The notes: generated by a model not told the origin, from the letters alone. Positions 35,601-50,094 are shown, numbered from the stretch's first letter. The stretch: 64,000 bases of DNA from Eutreptiella sp. 'Long Island Sound 2002' (GCA_964036045.1 OZ038378.1:62000001-62064000); one strand, 5' to 3'. Numbers and translations are program-made.

Positions 35601-37329
35601 GTGGTTGTGCAAATGGACCCGTGTTGTCGCATTGATCGGTGGGTTCCGAGATTTGTGGTCGCAATATCCTTCCCCTTTCTTGAGGGTATGCGGATTGGAG
35701 GTGGACCTACCAAATGATAGGGTGGTTTGTTTGCTCCCCTCCACAAAGAGCATCACTCTTCGATGTAGGCATGCTATGTTCGGATTAGTGTTGTTTTGTC
35801 TTTGGTGAAAATTGGGTAACACCGGTTTCAAAGTACCAAGCGAGACCATCCTTTTATTGAAAATTGTAATACCGGACTCTGCGACCACTTGTAATCATTG
35901 CCTCATTCCTTGAAGTAACCGGACCACTTGAAAAGCGGAATAGGCGAAGCTTCGTCTAAAAAATGCTTCACTATAGATGTGAATTTTTTTCAGATTGTAA
36001 GTTCCCCACAAGATGTACACTAATGTCACAACAAGAATATGCCGTTAAACAAAAGTCTACTTTGCATCGCACACCGAATGACTCTTGAATGCCCATTTCG
36101 GGCTCAAAATAAGAACATTTTTCTGTATCCCATCCGAGTCACTACAATGTTGTTGGATGTACGTGTTTTTACAAGCTTTACAGGGATCTTTTTGAGTGCG
36201 TGCAGTATGCCATTAGCTTACATATCTGCCAAACCCAAAAAGCCGCTGTACTGGTCCGCCTTTTACGAGTAACAGTTTGTTATTCATCCAACCAAGAAAA
36301 CCCACAATGAATTCATCTTAATTCAATGTGGCTGTTGGGGCTGTGGGCGTTCCTATAGGACCCCCACTTGGGGTGATCCGTAGGACCACATGCCAACGCA
36401 AGTGGCCGAGACTGGGGAGCTTGGGGAGAGTGCTAGGAACATGGAGGCAGCACGTCCTCAACCAAACCCCTTGCTAGCGGCTCCACTTCCTACAACCCCC
36501 GGAGGGGGCACTTCCTAGCCCCAACCAAAGCTATCCACGGCCCCTACTTGTGGCCGCCCAAAGCCGAAGCCAGCACCCGCCGATGATCTGTTGCAAGTTT
36601 AGACCTACGTGGATGCCGAAACCCTGAGGATGGAGGATTGGGTCCACCGCCATGCAATGCTGCCGCGGAATGTCGTGGTTTTCGATGTAGAGGCGACAAT
36701 CGGTCAAACCCGACCCATCCACAAACACAAGACGAATATTATCCGTGGGGATATCAGTGCAGTGAGGTTGTGAAAAGCAAAGATCATCCAAATCAAGACT
36801 TTCCCATGTGGTATGGCACTCACCCTTGATTCATGAGATACATGAAACTTCGCCCGTTGTACCTTTTCTTCCTCCTTCATGTATTCAGGGGGAGATCATT
36901 GCGTGACTGCCGGACAACATGCTGTTGACTCAATGGACCAACAAAAGAGGCCGTGAAGTAGCACAAAGAGATCCCCTATTGGGGTTGGAAGTACAAAGCA
37001 ATTCTTCCGAAAGCAGACACACCGAGGGCTGTTGGAACCATTGTCGTTGGACAACATCACATAGTTTAGCATGGAGGGGCACCCGACACCAAAGCCCAGC
37101 GACAGATGATCCTGCCAAGAATGTGCCAAACCATACACGGAATACTATACCTTGACAAAGATAGTTTGAAGCATGCTTGCAAGGGTGGTCACGCTGCAGT
37201 TGGGCAGCGATGGATTTTGAGGGACAGCAAAATGATTAGCGCCGTTTCCCACCTTATACTGGGCTTGAAAAACCTTTCCTGGCAAGCTTCCCTCGATCTA
37301 GAGATATGCCCCCCAGGGTCCTCCTACAT

Positions 37330-38345
37330 GGGTCAAATAGAAACTTAAACTAGTTGATCAAGCACCCCAAGCGGTCTACCATTTACTTTGTAAAAATCAT
37401 TGGTGACCAGTTGTGGACCAACATGCGACCTCGTAACCATACACAAGAACTTGCACAAGCAAAGTGCGCGCTGGACCACTCTAATGAGGCATAGAAGGGT
37501 GCCGACCAAGCGGAAATGGATTGCAGGTAATCCCCTTCATAATTCATTATCACGTACATTTTGCACAGTGCAATCCATGGCGTTTATAAACAAAACATTC
37601 CTGCTGGACCCCATAGTACATATTGACGCTCCAAAGATTGCCCAATTTGAATTTTTTGGGAAATTGGATGGGCTAGTATGGGTCTGATATGACTCAAAAT
37701 AGCCTTAGACCACTTGGTTGAGCAACCCAAGTGGTCTAAGAACCACTTTGGAAAAAACCATTTTTGACCACTTTTGGACCCATAGGTGACCGCCGTAACC
37801 CTCCTCTAGCAAGTGCACGGTGCATGCTCACGGTGCCAATAGGGCATTGGACAGTGTTGACCTCGCCGAAATAGCTTTCAAATGATCCCCTTCATCATTT
37901 TTGTTCACTTAAAGGATGTCCAACACAACCCATGGCATTTAAACACATCTTTATCCCCTTTGACCCCCGTGTGCATGTTGTCGGTGCTATAATTGCCCGG
38001 TTCTAGGCTTTTTGGCAACTTGCATGAGCTACTATGGGTCAAATTCGGCTCAAAATTACCTGAAACCACTTGCTTGAGCACTCCAAGATGTCTGGGAACC
38101 ATCGGGACAAAATCATGTTTGACCACTTTTGATCCCACAAGTGACCACCATAACCCTAACCCAACACGTGCACTATGCACATTGGTGGTGCCAATGGGGC
38201 ATTGAACGGTGCTAAATGCACGGGATTATGCTACAAGTGATCCCGTTCAACATTGGTATCACCAAAAGAGTACCTCACGCAATCCATGGCTATCAAACAC
38301 AACACAAGAAGGTGGAACTTGAAAAAGTATGCAAAAAGGGTGCGT
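37330..38345 (+). repeat. Left arm: ~3 degenerate ~360-bp monomers
   Basis: The marker ACCACTTG.TTGAGCA.CCCAAG recurs at ~37340, 37710 and 38066. Confidence 0.65.
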
Positions 38346-41300
38346 TTCAAGGCTGATTTTGCGGTACTTTAGGCCCAAAAAGTGGTAGTGGGGGTGACTC
38401 AACGGGCGCAAAACACACTTGACGGCGATCAAAGGTGTTTGGTGATCTCCTAGGCTGGTTCCGAAGTGGATGAACCCCTGGATGGAAATCGTAGCCACCC
38501 CAAATGCCCTCGAGAGGGCAACTTTTTTAGCAATTTTTGACAACTTTTGAAACCTAGGTACGCCACTTGCAATGCTTGTCCCCGGCCGCCATCGCTAAGT
38601 TTCTTGCTACAAATTTGTGTGATTGTCCCTCGCACCCATAGATATTATCCACCAAAATTTGGGTTGAATCTGAAGCACCTCGGCGAAGTCTTGGTCTTTG
38701 CCCATTGCGCCCGTGGTTGCTTGTTGGTGCTGCTTGTTCCGACGGGTGCTTGCTGCTTGCTAAACCGGATAGATCCACCCTGGACATCAAAAATGATTGA
38801 AAAACGAAGACGGGTCCAACTAGCTCGGTGTCCCTCACCATACCCCTCACTCTAATCAAGACCGAATATTGGGACCGAGCTGGTGGGGCAAGGACTATGG
38901 GCTACCGGTCTGAATAAAAATGCAAGCTGGGGGACACCAAAAACAATTCCCGCCACTTCATCACTTGTACCGCCCTTGAAACCCTCCCTCCCTCGCCATG
39001 GTCGGTGGGAGACATGCCCCACGGCATTCCCCGCGCAATCTTCCCTTATCACCCCTCTCTCTGCATTCCCCCTTGGGCCCCCCTTTGCGGCATGGTCAAT
39101 CCCTAAATTGCCCACTCCATGCTTCTTTTGGAGCTTGTATGCGCTCATATGGGTCCAAAAGTGCCTCCGCTTGTTCAGGAGACATGCCCCTCGGCACCAC
39201 TCCCGCCCGGCTCACCTATCAACCCTCCCCCTGCATTCCCCCGAAAACCAAAATGGCCGATTGTAACGCTTTTTGGGGGCTTGCATAGGCTCATGTGGGT
39301 CCAACATGGCTGATAATAGCCTAAAACCACTTGTTTCGGCACCCCAAGTGGTCTAGGAAACATGTTGGCCCGGGGTGACAGGACTCACGTGGGATGGCCA
39401 GCTTGAGCTTCGTTGCCGGTGGCGCCGACAACAATATTGTCATTTTAATGCCGCTTGCCAAAGGCCAAAGGGCAAATTGCATTTTTTGTTTGCACTCATG
39501 ATGAGTGTGCGGCACGTTATTTGTGCTACGTGCCGGCAATGAGTGTAAAAAGCACCCTTCACGTCAAGGCTCCATTGCTCTACCCATGCCGGAGGTACCC
39601 AAAATGTCTGTGGGGCCTATATGCTTCATCTCCTCCGATAGCAATGGCGGTTGCTTGGTGGTTCTTGTGTTTCACCCCCCCTTTTTTTGTTTGGTAAAAA
39701 GGGTTTTTTTTTCAATACGTGAGTTAAACAAAAAAAAACAGTTTACCCGACTTACACCAAAGATAAATATTTCCGTCGAAACAAAAAACGCGACGTACAC
39801 CCCCCAAAAAAGTTATGTGACTTAAGCCAAAAAAACATTAAAAAATAGCGCTGCGGGTTGCCAAGGGTGTTGCGGGTTTTATGCTTATTTCCACAATCTA
39901 GCTACGCTCTTCTTGGGCGATTTGCGTAGGAATCAGCGTAGATGATGAACAAGCACCTTTGATAACCGTCTCCTAGCTTTTGCACCAAAACACTGGTCGC
40001 AACGACTTTTTTGGGGGCCCACCATACCACAACACCAACCTTTTGCATACTTTTTCAAGTTCCACTTTCCTGTGCTCTGTTTGATAGCCATGGATTGCTT
40101 TGGGCACACTTGTGGTGTTAAATGGGGAAGAAGGGGACTACTTGCTAGTAATTACTTGCTGTCAATACCATTACATTATTGGCATCACGAGCATGCACGG
40201 TGCACGTGCTGGGGTAAGGTTGCGGTGGTCACTTGTGGGTCCAAAAGTGGTCAAAAATGGGTTTCTCCAAAATGGTTCCCAAGGGTGCAAGATGATCTGT
40301 TGGGCAGCCCCCAGCCACCAGCTCAGCTCCTAGTGGCGCCTGTAGCCTACCAAACGGCGAATACCTTGTTTCGTTTCCTAGTGTGGGGTTCAAGGCCCCC
40401 AAGGGTCCAAAGACAGCCACGCACGAGCCATTGAACCTAGCCCCAGCCCCCACCGTCAGCCCCATCACCTTGGAGAGACCGCTTGGGGTGCTCAAACAAG
40501 TGCACGGGAATGCACGGGATTATGCTACAAGTGATCCCGTTCAACATTGGTATCACCAAAAGAGTACCTCACGCAATCCATGGCTATCAAACACAACACA
40601 AGAAGGTGGAACTTGAAAAAGTATGCAAAAAGGGTGCGTTTCAAGGCTGATTTTGCGGTACTTTAGGCCCAAAAAGTGGTAGTGGGGGCGACTCAACGGG
40701 CGCAAAACACACTTGACGGCGATCAAAGGTGTTTGGTGATCTCCTAGGCTGGTTCCGAAGTGAATGAACCCCTGGATGGAAATCGTAGCCACCCCAAATG
40801 CCCTCGAGAGGGCAACTTTTTTAGCAATTTTTGACAACTTTTGAAACCTAGGTACGCCACTTGCAATGCTTGTCCCCGGCCGCCATCGCTAAGTTTCTTG
40901 CTACAAATTTGTGTGATTGTCCCTCGCACCCATAGATATTATCCACCAAAATTTGGGTTGAATCCGAAGCACCTCGGCGAAGTCTTGGTCTTTGCCCATT
41001 GCGCCCGTGGTTGCTTGTTGGTGCTGCTTGTTCCGACGGGTGCTTGCTGCTTGCTAAACCGGATAGATCCACCCTGGACATCAAAAATGATTGAAAAACG
41101 AAGACGGGTCCAACTAGCTCGGTGTCCCTCACCATACCCCTCACTCTAATCAAGACCGAATATTGGGACCGAGCTGGTGGGGCAAGGACTATGGGCTACC
41201 GGTCTGAATAAAAATGCAAGCTGGGGGACACCAAAAACAATTCCCGCCACTTCATCACTTGTACCGCCCTTGAAACCCTCCCTCCCTCGCCATGGTCGGT

Positions 41301-44300
41301 GGGAGACATGCCCCACGGCATTCCCCGCGCAATCTTCCCTTATCAACCCTCTCTCTGCATTCCCCCTTGGGCCCCCCTTTGCGGCATGGTCAATCCCTAA
41401 ATTGCCCACTCCATGCTTCTCTGGAGCTTGTATGCGCTCATATGGGTCCAAAAGTGCCTCCGCTTGTTCAGGAGACATGCCCCTCGGCACCACTCCCGCC
41501 CGGCTCACCTATCAACCCTCCCCCTGCATTCCCCCGAAAACCAAAATGGCCGATTTCAACGCTTTTTGGGGGCTTGCATAGGCTCATGTGGGTCCAACAT
41601 GGCTGGTAATAGCCTAAAACCACTTATTTCAGCACCCCAAGTGGTCTAGGAAACATGTTGGCCCGGGGTGACAGGACTCACGTGGGATGGCCAGCTTGAG
41701 CTTCGTTGCCGGTGGCGCCGACAACAATATTGTCATTTTAATGCCGCTTGCCAAAGGCCAAAGGGCAAATTGCATTTTTTGTTTGCACTCATGATGAGTG
41801 TGCGGCACGTTATTTGCGCTACGTGCCGGCAATGAGTGTAAAAAGCACCCTTCACGTCAAGGCTCCATTGCTCTACCCATGCCGGAGGTACCCAAAATGT
41901 CTGTGGGGCCTATATGCTTTATCTCCTCCGATAGCAATGGCGGTTGCTTGGTGGTTCTTGTGTTTCACCCCCCCTTTTTTTGTTTGGTAAAAAGGGTTTT
42001 TTTTTCAATACGTGAGTTAAACAAAAAAAAAACAGTTTACCCGACTTACACCAAAGATAAATATTTCCGTCGAAACAAAAAACGCGACGTACACCCCCCA
42101 AAAAAGTTATGTGACTTAAGCCAAAAAAACATTAAAAAATAGCGGGTTTTATGCTTATTTCCACAATCTAGCTACGCTCTTCTTGGGCGATTTGCGTAGG
42201 AATCAACGTAGATGATGAACAAGCACCTTTGATAACCGTCTCCTAGCTTTTGCACCAAAACACTGGTCGCAACGACTTTTTTGGGGGCCCACCATACCAC
42301 AACACCAACCTTTTGCATACTTTTTCAAGTTCCACTTTCCTGTGCTCTGTTTGATAGCCATGGATTGCTTTGGGCACACTTGTGGTGTTAAATGGGGAAG
42401 AAGGGGACTACTTGCTAGTAATTACTTGCTGTCAATACCATTACATTATTGGCATCACGAGCATGCACGGTGCACGTGCTGGGGTAAGGTTGCGGTGGTC
42501 ACTTGTGGGTCCAAAAGTGGTCAAAAATGGGTTTCTCCAAAATGGTTCCCAAGGGTGTGCAAGATGATTTGTTGGGCAGCCCCCAGCCACCAGCTCAGCT
42601 CCTAGTGGCGCTTGTAGCCTACCAAACGGCGAATACCTTGTTTCGTTTCCTAGTGTGGGGTTCAAGGCCCCCAAGGGTCCAAAGACAGCCACGCACGAGC
42701 CATTGAACCTAGCCCCAGCCCCCACCGTCAGCCCCATCACCTTGGAGAGACCGCTTGGGGTGCTCAAACAAGTGCACGGGAATGCACGGGATTATGCTAC
42801 AAGTGATCCCGTTCAACATTGGTATCACCAAAAGAGTACCTCACGCAATCCATGGCTATCAAACACAACACAAGAAGGTGGAACTTGAAAAAGTATGCAA
42901 AAAGGGTGCGTTTCAAGGCTGATTTTGCGGTACTTTAGGCCCAAAAAGTGGTAGTGGGGGTGAGTCAACGGGCGCAAAACACACTTGACGGCGATCAAAG
43001 GTGTTTGGTGATCTCCTAGGCTGGTTCCGAAGTGAATGAACCCCTGGATGGAAATCGTAGCCACCCCAAATGCCCTCGAGAGGGCAACTTTTTTAGCAAT
43101 TTTTGACAACTTTTGAAACCTAGGTACGCCACTTGCAATGCTTGTCCCCGGCCGCCATCGCTAAGTTTCTTGCTACAAATTTGTGTGATTGTCCCTCGCA
43201 CCCATAGATATTATCCACCAAAATTTGGGTTGAATCCGAAGCACCTCGGCGAAGTCTTGGTCTTTGCCCATTGCGCCCGTGGTTGCTTGTTGGTGCTGCT
43301 TGTTCCGACGGGTGCTTGCTGCTTGCTAAACCGGATAGATCCACCCTGGACATCAAAAATGATTGAAAAACGAAGACGGGTCCAACTAGCTCGGTGTCCC
43401 TCACCATACCCCTCACTCTAATCAAGACCGAATATTGGGACCGAGCTGGTGGGGCAAGGACTATGGGCTACCGGTCTGAATAAAAATGCAAGCTGGGGGA
43501 CACCAAAAACAATTCCCGCCACTTCATCACTTGTACCGCCCTTGAAACCCTCCCTCCCTCGCCATGGTCGGTGGGAGACATGCCCCACGGCATTCCCCGC
43601 GCAATCTTCCCTTATCACCCCTCTCTCTGCATTCCCCCTTGGGCCCCCCTTTGCGGCATGGTCAATCCCTAAATTGCCCACTCCATGCTTCTTCTGGAGC
43701 TTGTATGCGCTCATATGGGTCCAAAAGTGCCTCCGCTTGTTCAGGAGACATGCCCCTCGGCACCACTCCCGCCCGGCTTACCTATCAACCCTCCCCCTGC
43801 ATTCCCCCGAAAACCAAAATGGCCGATTTCAACGCTTTTTGGGGGCTTGCATAGGCTCATGTGGGTCCAACATGGCTGGTAATAGCCTAAAACCACTTAT
43901 TTCAGCACCCCAAGTGGTCTAGGAAACATGTTGGCCCGGGGTGACAGGACTCACGTGGGATGGCCAGCTTGAGCTTCGTTGCCGGTGGCGCCGACAACAA
44001 TATTGTCATTTTAATGCCGCTTGCCAAAGGCCAAAGGGCAAATTGCATTTTTTGTTTGCACTCATGATGAGTGTGCGGCACGTTATTTGCGCTACGTGCC
44101 GGCAATGAGTGTAAAAAGCACCCTTCACGTCAAGGCTCCATTGCTCTACCCATGCCGGAGGTACCCAAAATGTCTGTGGGGCCTATATGCTTTATCTCCT
44201 CCGATAGCAATGGCGGTTGCTTGGTGGTTCTTGTGTTTCACCCCCCCTTTTTTTGTTTGGTAAAAAGGGTTTTTTTTTCAATACGTGAGTTAAACAAAAA

Positions 44301-47300
44301 AAAAACAGTTTACCCGACTTACACCAAAGATAAATATTTCCGTCGAAACAAAAAACGCGACGTACACCCCCCAAAAAAGTTATGTGACTTAAGCCAAAAA
44401 AACATTAAAAAATAGCGGGTTTTATGCTTATTTCCACAATCTAGCTACGCTCTTCTTGGGCGATTTGCGTAGGAATCAACGTAGATGATGAACAAGCACC
44501 TTTGATAACCGTCTCCTAGCTTTTGCACCAAAACACTGGTCGCAACGACTTTTTTGGGGGCCCACCATACCACAACACCAACCTTTTGCATACTTTTTCA
44601 AGTTCCACTTTCCTGTGCTCTGTTTGATAGCCATGGATTGCTTTGGGCACACTTGTGGTGTTAAATGGGGAAGAAGGGGACTACTTGCTAGTAATTACTT
44701 GCTGTCAATACCATTACATTATTGGCATCACGAGCATGCACGGTGCACGTGCTGGGGTAAGGTTGCGGTGGTCACTTGTGGGTCCAAAAGTGGTCAAAAA
44801 TGGGTTTCTCCAAAATGGTTCCCAAGGGTGTGCAAGATGATTTGTTGGGCAGCCCCCAGCCACCAGCTCAGCTCCTAGTGGCGCTTGTAGCCTACCAAAC
44901 GGCGAATACCTTGTTTCGTTTCCTAGTGTGGGGTTCAAGGCCCCCAAGGGTCCAAAGACAGCCACGCACGAGCCATTGAACCTAGCCCCAGCCCCCACCG
45001 TCAGCCCCATCACCTTGGAGAGACCGCTTGGGGTGCTCAAACAAGTGCACGGGAATGCACGGGATTATGCTACAAGTGATCCCGTTCAACATTGGTATCA
45101 CCAAAAGAGTACCTCACGCAATCCATGGCTATCAAACACAACACAAGAAGGTGGAACTTGAAAAAGTATGCAAAAAGGGTGCGTTTCAAGGCTGATTTTG
45201 CGGTACTTTAGGCCCAAAAAGTGGTAGTGGGGGTGACTCAACGGGCGCAAAACACACTTGACGGCGATCAAAGGTGTTTGGTGATCTCCTAGGCTGGTTC
45301 CGAAGTGAATGAACCCCTGGATGGAAATCGTAGCCACCCCAAATGCCCTCGAGAGGGCAACTTTTTTAGCAATTTTTGACAACTTTTGAAACCTAGGTAC
45401 GCCACTTGCAATGCTTGTCCCCGGCCGCCATCGCTAAGTTTCTTGCTACAAATTTGTGTGATTGTCCCTCGCACCCATAGATATTATCCACCAAAATTTG
45501 GGTTGAATCCGAAGCACCTCGGCGAAGTCTTGGTCTTTGCCCATTGCGCCCGTGGTTGCTTGTTGGTGCTGCTTGTTCCGACGGGTGCTTGCTGCTTGCT
45601 AAACCGGATAGATCCACCCTGGACATCAAAAATGATTGAAAAACGAAGACGGGTCCAACTAGCTCGGTGTCCCTCACCATACCCCTCACTCTAATCAAGA
45701 CCGAATATTGGGACCGAGCTGGTGGGGCAAGGACTATGGGCTACCGGTCTGAATAAAAATGCAAGCTGGGGGACACCAAAAACAATTCCCGCCACTTCAT
45801 CACTTGTACCGCCCTTGAAACCCTCCCTCCCTCGCCATGCTCGGTGGGAGACATGCCCCACGGCATTCCCCGCGCAATCTTCCCTTATCAACCCTCTCTC
45901 TGCATTCCCCCTTGGGCCCCCCTTTGCGGCATGGTCAATCCCTAAATTGCCCACTCCATGCTTCTTCTGGAGCTTGTATGCGCTCATATGGGTCCAAAAG
46001 TGCCTCCGCTTGTTCAGGAGACATGCCCCTCGGCACCACTCCCGCCCGGCTCACCTATCAACCCTCCCCCTGCATTCCCCCGAAAACCAAAATGGCCGAT
46101 TTCAACGCTTTTTGGGGGCTTGCATAGGCTCATGTGGGTCCAACATGGCTGGTAATAGCCTAAAACCACTTGTTTCAGCACCCCAAGTGGTCTAGGAAAC
46201 ATGTTGGCCCGGGGTGACAGGACTCACGTGGGATGGCCAGCTTGAGCTTCGTTGCCGGTGGCGCCGACAACAATATTGTCATTTTAATGCCGCTTGCCAA
46301 AGGCCAAAGGGCAAATTGCATTTTTTGTTTGCACTCATGATGAGTGTGCGGCACGTTATTTGCGCTACGTGCCGGCAATGAGTGTAAAAAGCACCCTTCA
46401 CGTCAAGGCTCCATTGCTCTACCCATGCCAGAGGTACCCAAAATGTCTGTGGGGCCTATATGCTTCATCTCCTCCGATAGCAATGGCGGTTGCTTGGTGG
46501 TTCTTGTGTTTCACCCCCCCTTTTTTTGTTTGGTAAAAAGGGTTTTTTTTTCAATACGTGAGTTAAACAAAAAAAAACAGTTTACCCGACTTACACCAAA
46601 GATAAATATTTCCGTCGAAACAAAAAACGCGACGTACACCCCCCAAAAAAGTTATGTGACTTAAGCCAAAAAAACATTAAAAAATAGCGGGTTTTATGCT
46701 TATTTCCACAATCTAGCTACGCTCTTCTTGGGCGATTTGCGTAGGAATCAACGTAGATGATGAACAAGCACCTTTGATAACCGTCTCCTAGCTTTTGCAC
46801 CAAAACACTGGTCGCAACGACTTTTTTGGGGGCCCACCATACCACAACACCAACCTTTTGCATACTTTTTCAAGTTCCACTTTCCTGTGCTCTGTTTGAT
46901 AGCCATGGATTGCTTTGGGCACACTTGTGGTGTTAAATGGGGAAGAAGGGGACTACTTGCTAGTAATTACTTGCTGTCAATACCATTACATTATTGGCAT
47001 CACGAGCATGCACGGTGCACGTGCTGGGGTAAGGTTGCGGTGGTCACTTGTGGGTCCAAAAGTGGTCAAAAATGGGTTTCTCCAAAATGGTTCCCAAGGG
47101 TGTGCAAGATGATCTGTTGGGCAGCCCCCAGCCACCAGCTCAGCTCCTAGTGGCGCTTGTAGCCTACCAAACGGCGAATACCTTGTTTCGTTTCCTAGTG
47201 TGGGGTTCAAGGCCCCCAAGGGTCCAAAGACAGCCACGCACGAGCCATTGAACCTAGCCCCAGCCCCCACCGTCAGCCCCATCACCTTGGAGAGACCGCT

Positions 47301-49613
47301 TGGGGTGCTCAAACAAGTGCACGGGAATGCACGGGATTATGCTACAAGTGATCCCGTTCAACATTGGTATCACCAAAAGAGTACCTCACGCAATCCATGG
47401 CTATCAAACACAACACAAGAAGGTGGAACTTGAAAAAGTATGCAAAAAGGGTGCGTTTCAAGGCTGATTTTGCGGTACTTTAGGCCCAAAAAGTGGTAGT
47501 GGGGGTGACTCAACGGGCGCAAAACACACTTGACGGCGATCAAAGGTGTTTGGTGATCTCCTAGGCTGGTTCCGAAGTGAATGAACCCCTGGATGGAAAT
47601 CGTAGCCACCCCAAATGCCCTCGAGAGGGCAACTTTTTTAGCAATTTTTGACAACTTTTGAAACCTAGGTACGCCACTTGCAATGCTTGTCCCCGGCCGC
47701 CATCGCTAAGTTTCTTGCTACAAATTTGTGTGATTGTCCCTCGCACCCATAGATATTATCCACCAAAATTTGGGTTGAATCCGAAGCACCTCGGCGAAGT
47801 CTTGGTCTTTGCCCATTGCGCCCGTGGTTGCTTGTTGGTGCTGCTTGTTCCGACGGGTGCTTGCTGCTTGCTAAACCGGATAGATCCACCCTGGACATCA
47901 AAAATGATTGAAAAACGAAGACGGGTCCAACTAGCTCGGTGTCCCTCACCATACCCCTCACTCTAATCAAGACCGAATATTGGGACCGAGCTGGTGGGGC
48001 AAGGACTATGGGCTACCGGTCTGAATAAAAATGCAAGCTGGGGGACACCAAAAACAATTCCCGCCACTTCATCACTTGTACCGCCCTTGAAACCCTCCCT
48101 CCCTCGCCATGCTCGGTGGGAGACATGCCCCACGGCATTCCCCGCGCAATCTTCCCTTATCAACCCTCTCTCTGCATTCCCCCTTGGGCCCCCCTTTGCG
48201 GCATGGTCAATCCCTAAATTGCCCACTCCATGCTTCTCTGGAGCTTGTATGCGCTCATATGGGTCCAAAAGTGCCTCCGCTTGTTCAGGAGACATGCCCC
48301 TCGGCACCACTCCCGCCCGGCTCACCTATCAACCCTCCCCCTGCATTCCCCCGAAAACCAAAATGGCCGATTTCAACGCTTTTTGGGGGCTTGCATAGGC
48401 TCATGTGGGTCCAACATGGCTGGTAATAGCCTAAAACCACTTGTTTCAGCACCCCAAGTGGTCTAGGAAACATGTTGGCCCGGGGTGACAGGACTCACGT
48501 GGGATGGCCAGCTTGAGCTTCGTTGCCGGTGGCGCCGACAACAATATTGTCATTTTAATGCCGCTTGCCAAAGGCCAAAGGGCAAATTGCATTTTTTGTT
48601 TGCACTCATGATGAGTGTGCGGCACGTTATTTGCGCTACGTGCCGGCAATGAGTGTAAAAAGCACCCTTCACGTCAAGGCTCCATTGCTCTACCCATGCC
48701 GGAGGTACCCAAAATGTCTGTGGGGCCTATATGCTTCATCTCCTCCGATAGCAATGGCGGTTGCTTGGTGGTTCTTGTGTTTCAGCCCCCCTTTTTTTGT
48801 TTGGTAAAAAGGGTTTTTTTTTCAATACGTGAGTTAAACAAAAAAAAAACAGTTTACCCGACTTACACCAAAGATAAATATTTCCGTCGAAACAAAAAAC
48901 GCGACGTACACCCCCCAAAAAAGTTGTGTGACTTTAGCCAAAAAAACATTAAAAAATAGCGCTGCGGGTTGCCAAGGGTGTTGCGGGTTTTATGCTTATT
49001 TCCACAATCTAGCTACGCTCTTCTTGGGCGATTTGCGTAGGAATCAGCGTAGATGATGGACAAGCACCTTTGATAACCGTCTCCTAGCTTTTGCACCAAA
49101 ACACTGGTCGCAACGACTTTTTTGGGGGCCCACCATACCACAACACCAACCTTTTGCATACTTTTTCAAGTTCCACTTTCCTGTGCTCTGTTTGATAGCC
49201 ATGGATTGCTTTGGGCACACTTGTGGTGTTAAATGGGGAAGAAGGGGACTACTTGCTAGTAATTACTTGCTGTCAATACCATTACATTATTGGCATCACG
49301 AGCATGCACGGTGCACGTGCTGGGGTAAGGTTGCGGTGGTCACTTGTGGGTCCAAAAGTGGTCAAAAATGGGTTTCTCCAAAATGGTTCCCAAGGGTGTG
49401 CAAGATGATCCGTTGGGCAGCCCCCAGCCACCAGCTCAGCTCCTAGTGGCGCCTGTAGCCTACCAAACGGCGAATACCTTGTTTCGTTTCCTAGTGTGGG
49501 GTTCAAGGCCCCCAAGGGTCCAAAGACAGCCACGCACGAGCCACTGAACCTAGCCCCAGCCCCCACCGTCAGCCCCATCACCTTGGAGAGACCGCTTGGG
49601 GTGCTCAAACAAG
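38215..49613 (+). repeat. Tandem array of five ~2.27-2.29-kb near-identical units
   Basis: Units are 38215-40500, 40509-42772, 42781-45045, 45054-47317 and 47326-49613. Each pair is separated by the same 8-nt insert TGCACGGG. The ORF track repeats with a 2272-2294 period. Confidence 0.98.
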
Positions 49614-49980
49614 CGGTTTAAGGCCATGTTGAGCTATATTTGACCCAACGTAGCCCTTGCAAGTTGCCAAATAGCCTAGAACCGGGCAATTATAGGACTG
49701 ACGAAGCATACAAGGGGGTCAAGGGGGACTATGATGTGTTTAAATGCCATGGATTGTGTTGGGCACCCTTGTAGTGATAAAGAATGACGAAGGGGATCAT
49801 TTGCAAGCTATTTTGGTGTGGTCAACACCCTTCATTCATTCATTCACTGTTCATGCCCTCTTCGAGTGAGGCAGCGCGCACAGTGCACGTGCACGTGCTA
49901 GCATAGAGTTAAGGGGTCATCCGTGGGTCCAAGAATGGGCAATAGTGTGTTTTTCCAAAGTACATTCTTCGCATGTAACC
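49614..49980 (-). repeat. Right arm: inverted copy of the 37760-38080 monomer
   Basis: The reverse complement aligns to 37760-38080, e.g. ATAATTGCCCGGTTCTAGGCT and CCATGGCATTTAAACACATC. Identity looks like roughly 80% by eye. Confidence 0.85.
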
Positions 49981-50094
49981 ATAATGGCGTGTCACCAACT
50001 ACAAGAAATCGCCGAGCACACGCTTGTAGATCAAAGGAGTCTTTGTGTCCGAGGGCTTCCGCTTTCCACCCGAAATCGTGCCCGTATGAACACG

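Noticed and set aside
38259-49608. Repeated 60-157-codon ORFs inside the 5x array
   Set aside because: No recognisable motifs, overlapping on both strands, and lengths change with 1-bp indels between units. Consistent with chance ORFs.
9882-49886. CACAGTG/CACTGTG heptamers (e.g. 9882, 16628, 18680, 19405, 20664, 22776, 24533, 37563, 49879) as RSS or Transib TIRs
   Set aside because: At the three sites checked (9882, 19405, 24533) there is no nonamer at a 12-bp spacer. None pairs as a TIR around the transposases, and I found no CAC...GTG termini for element 1 or 2.
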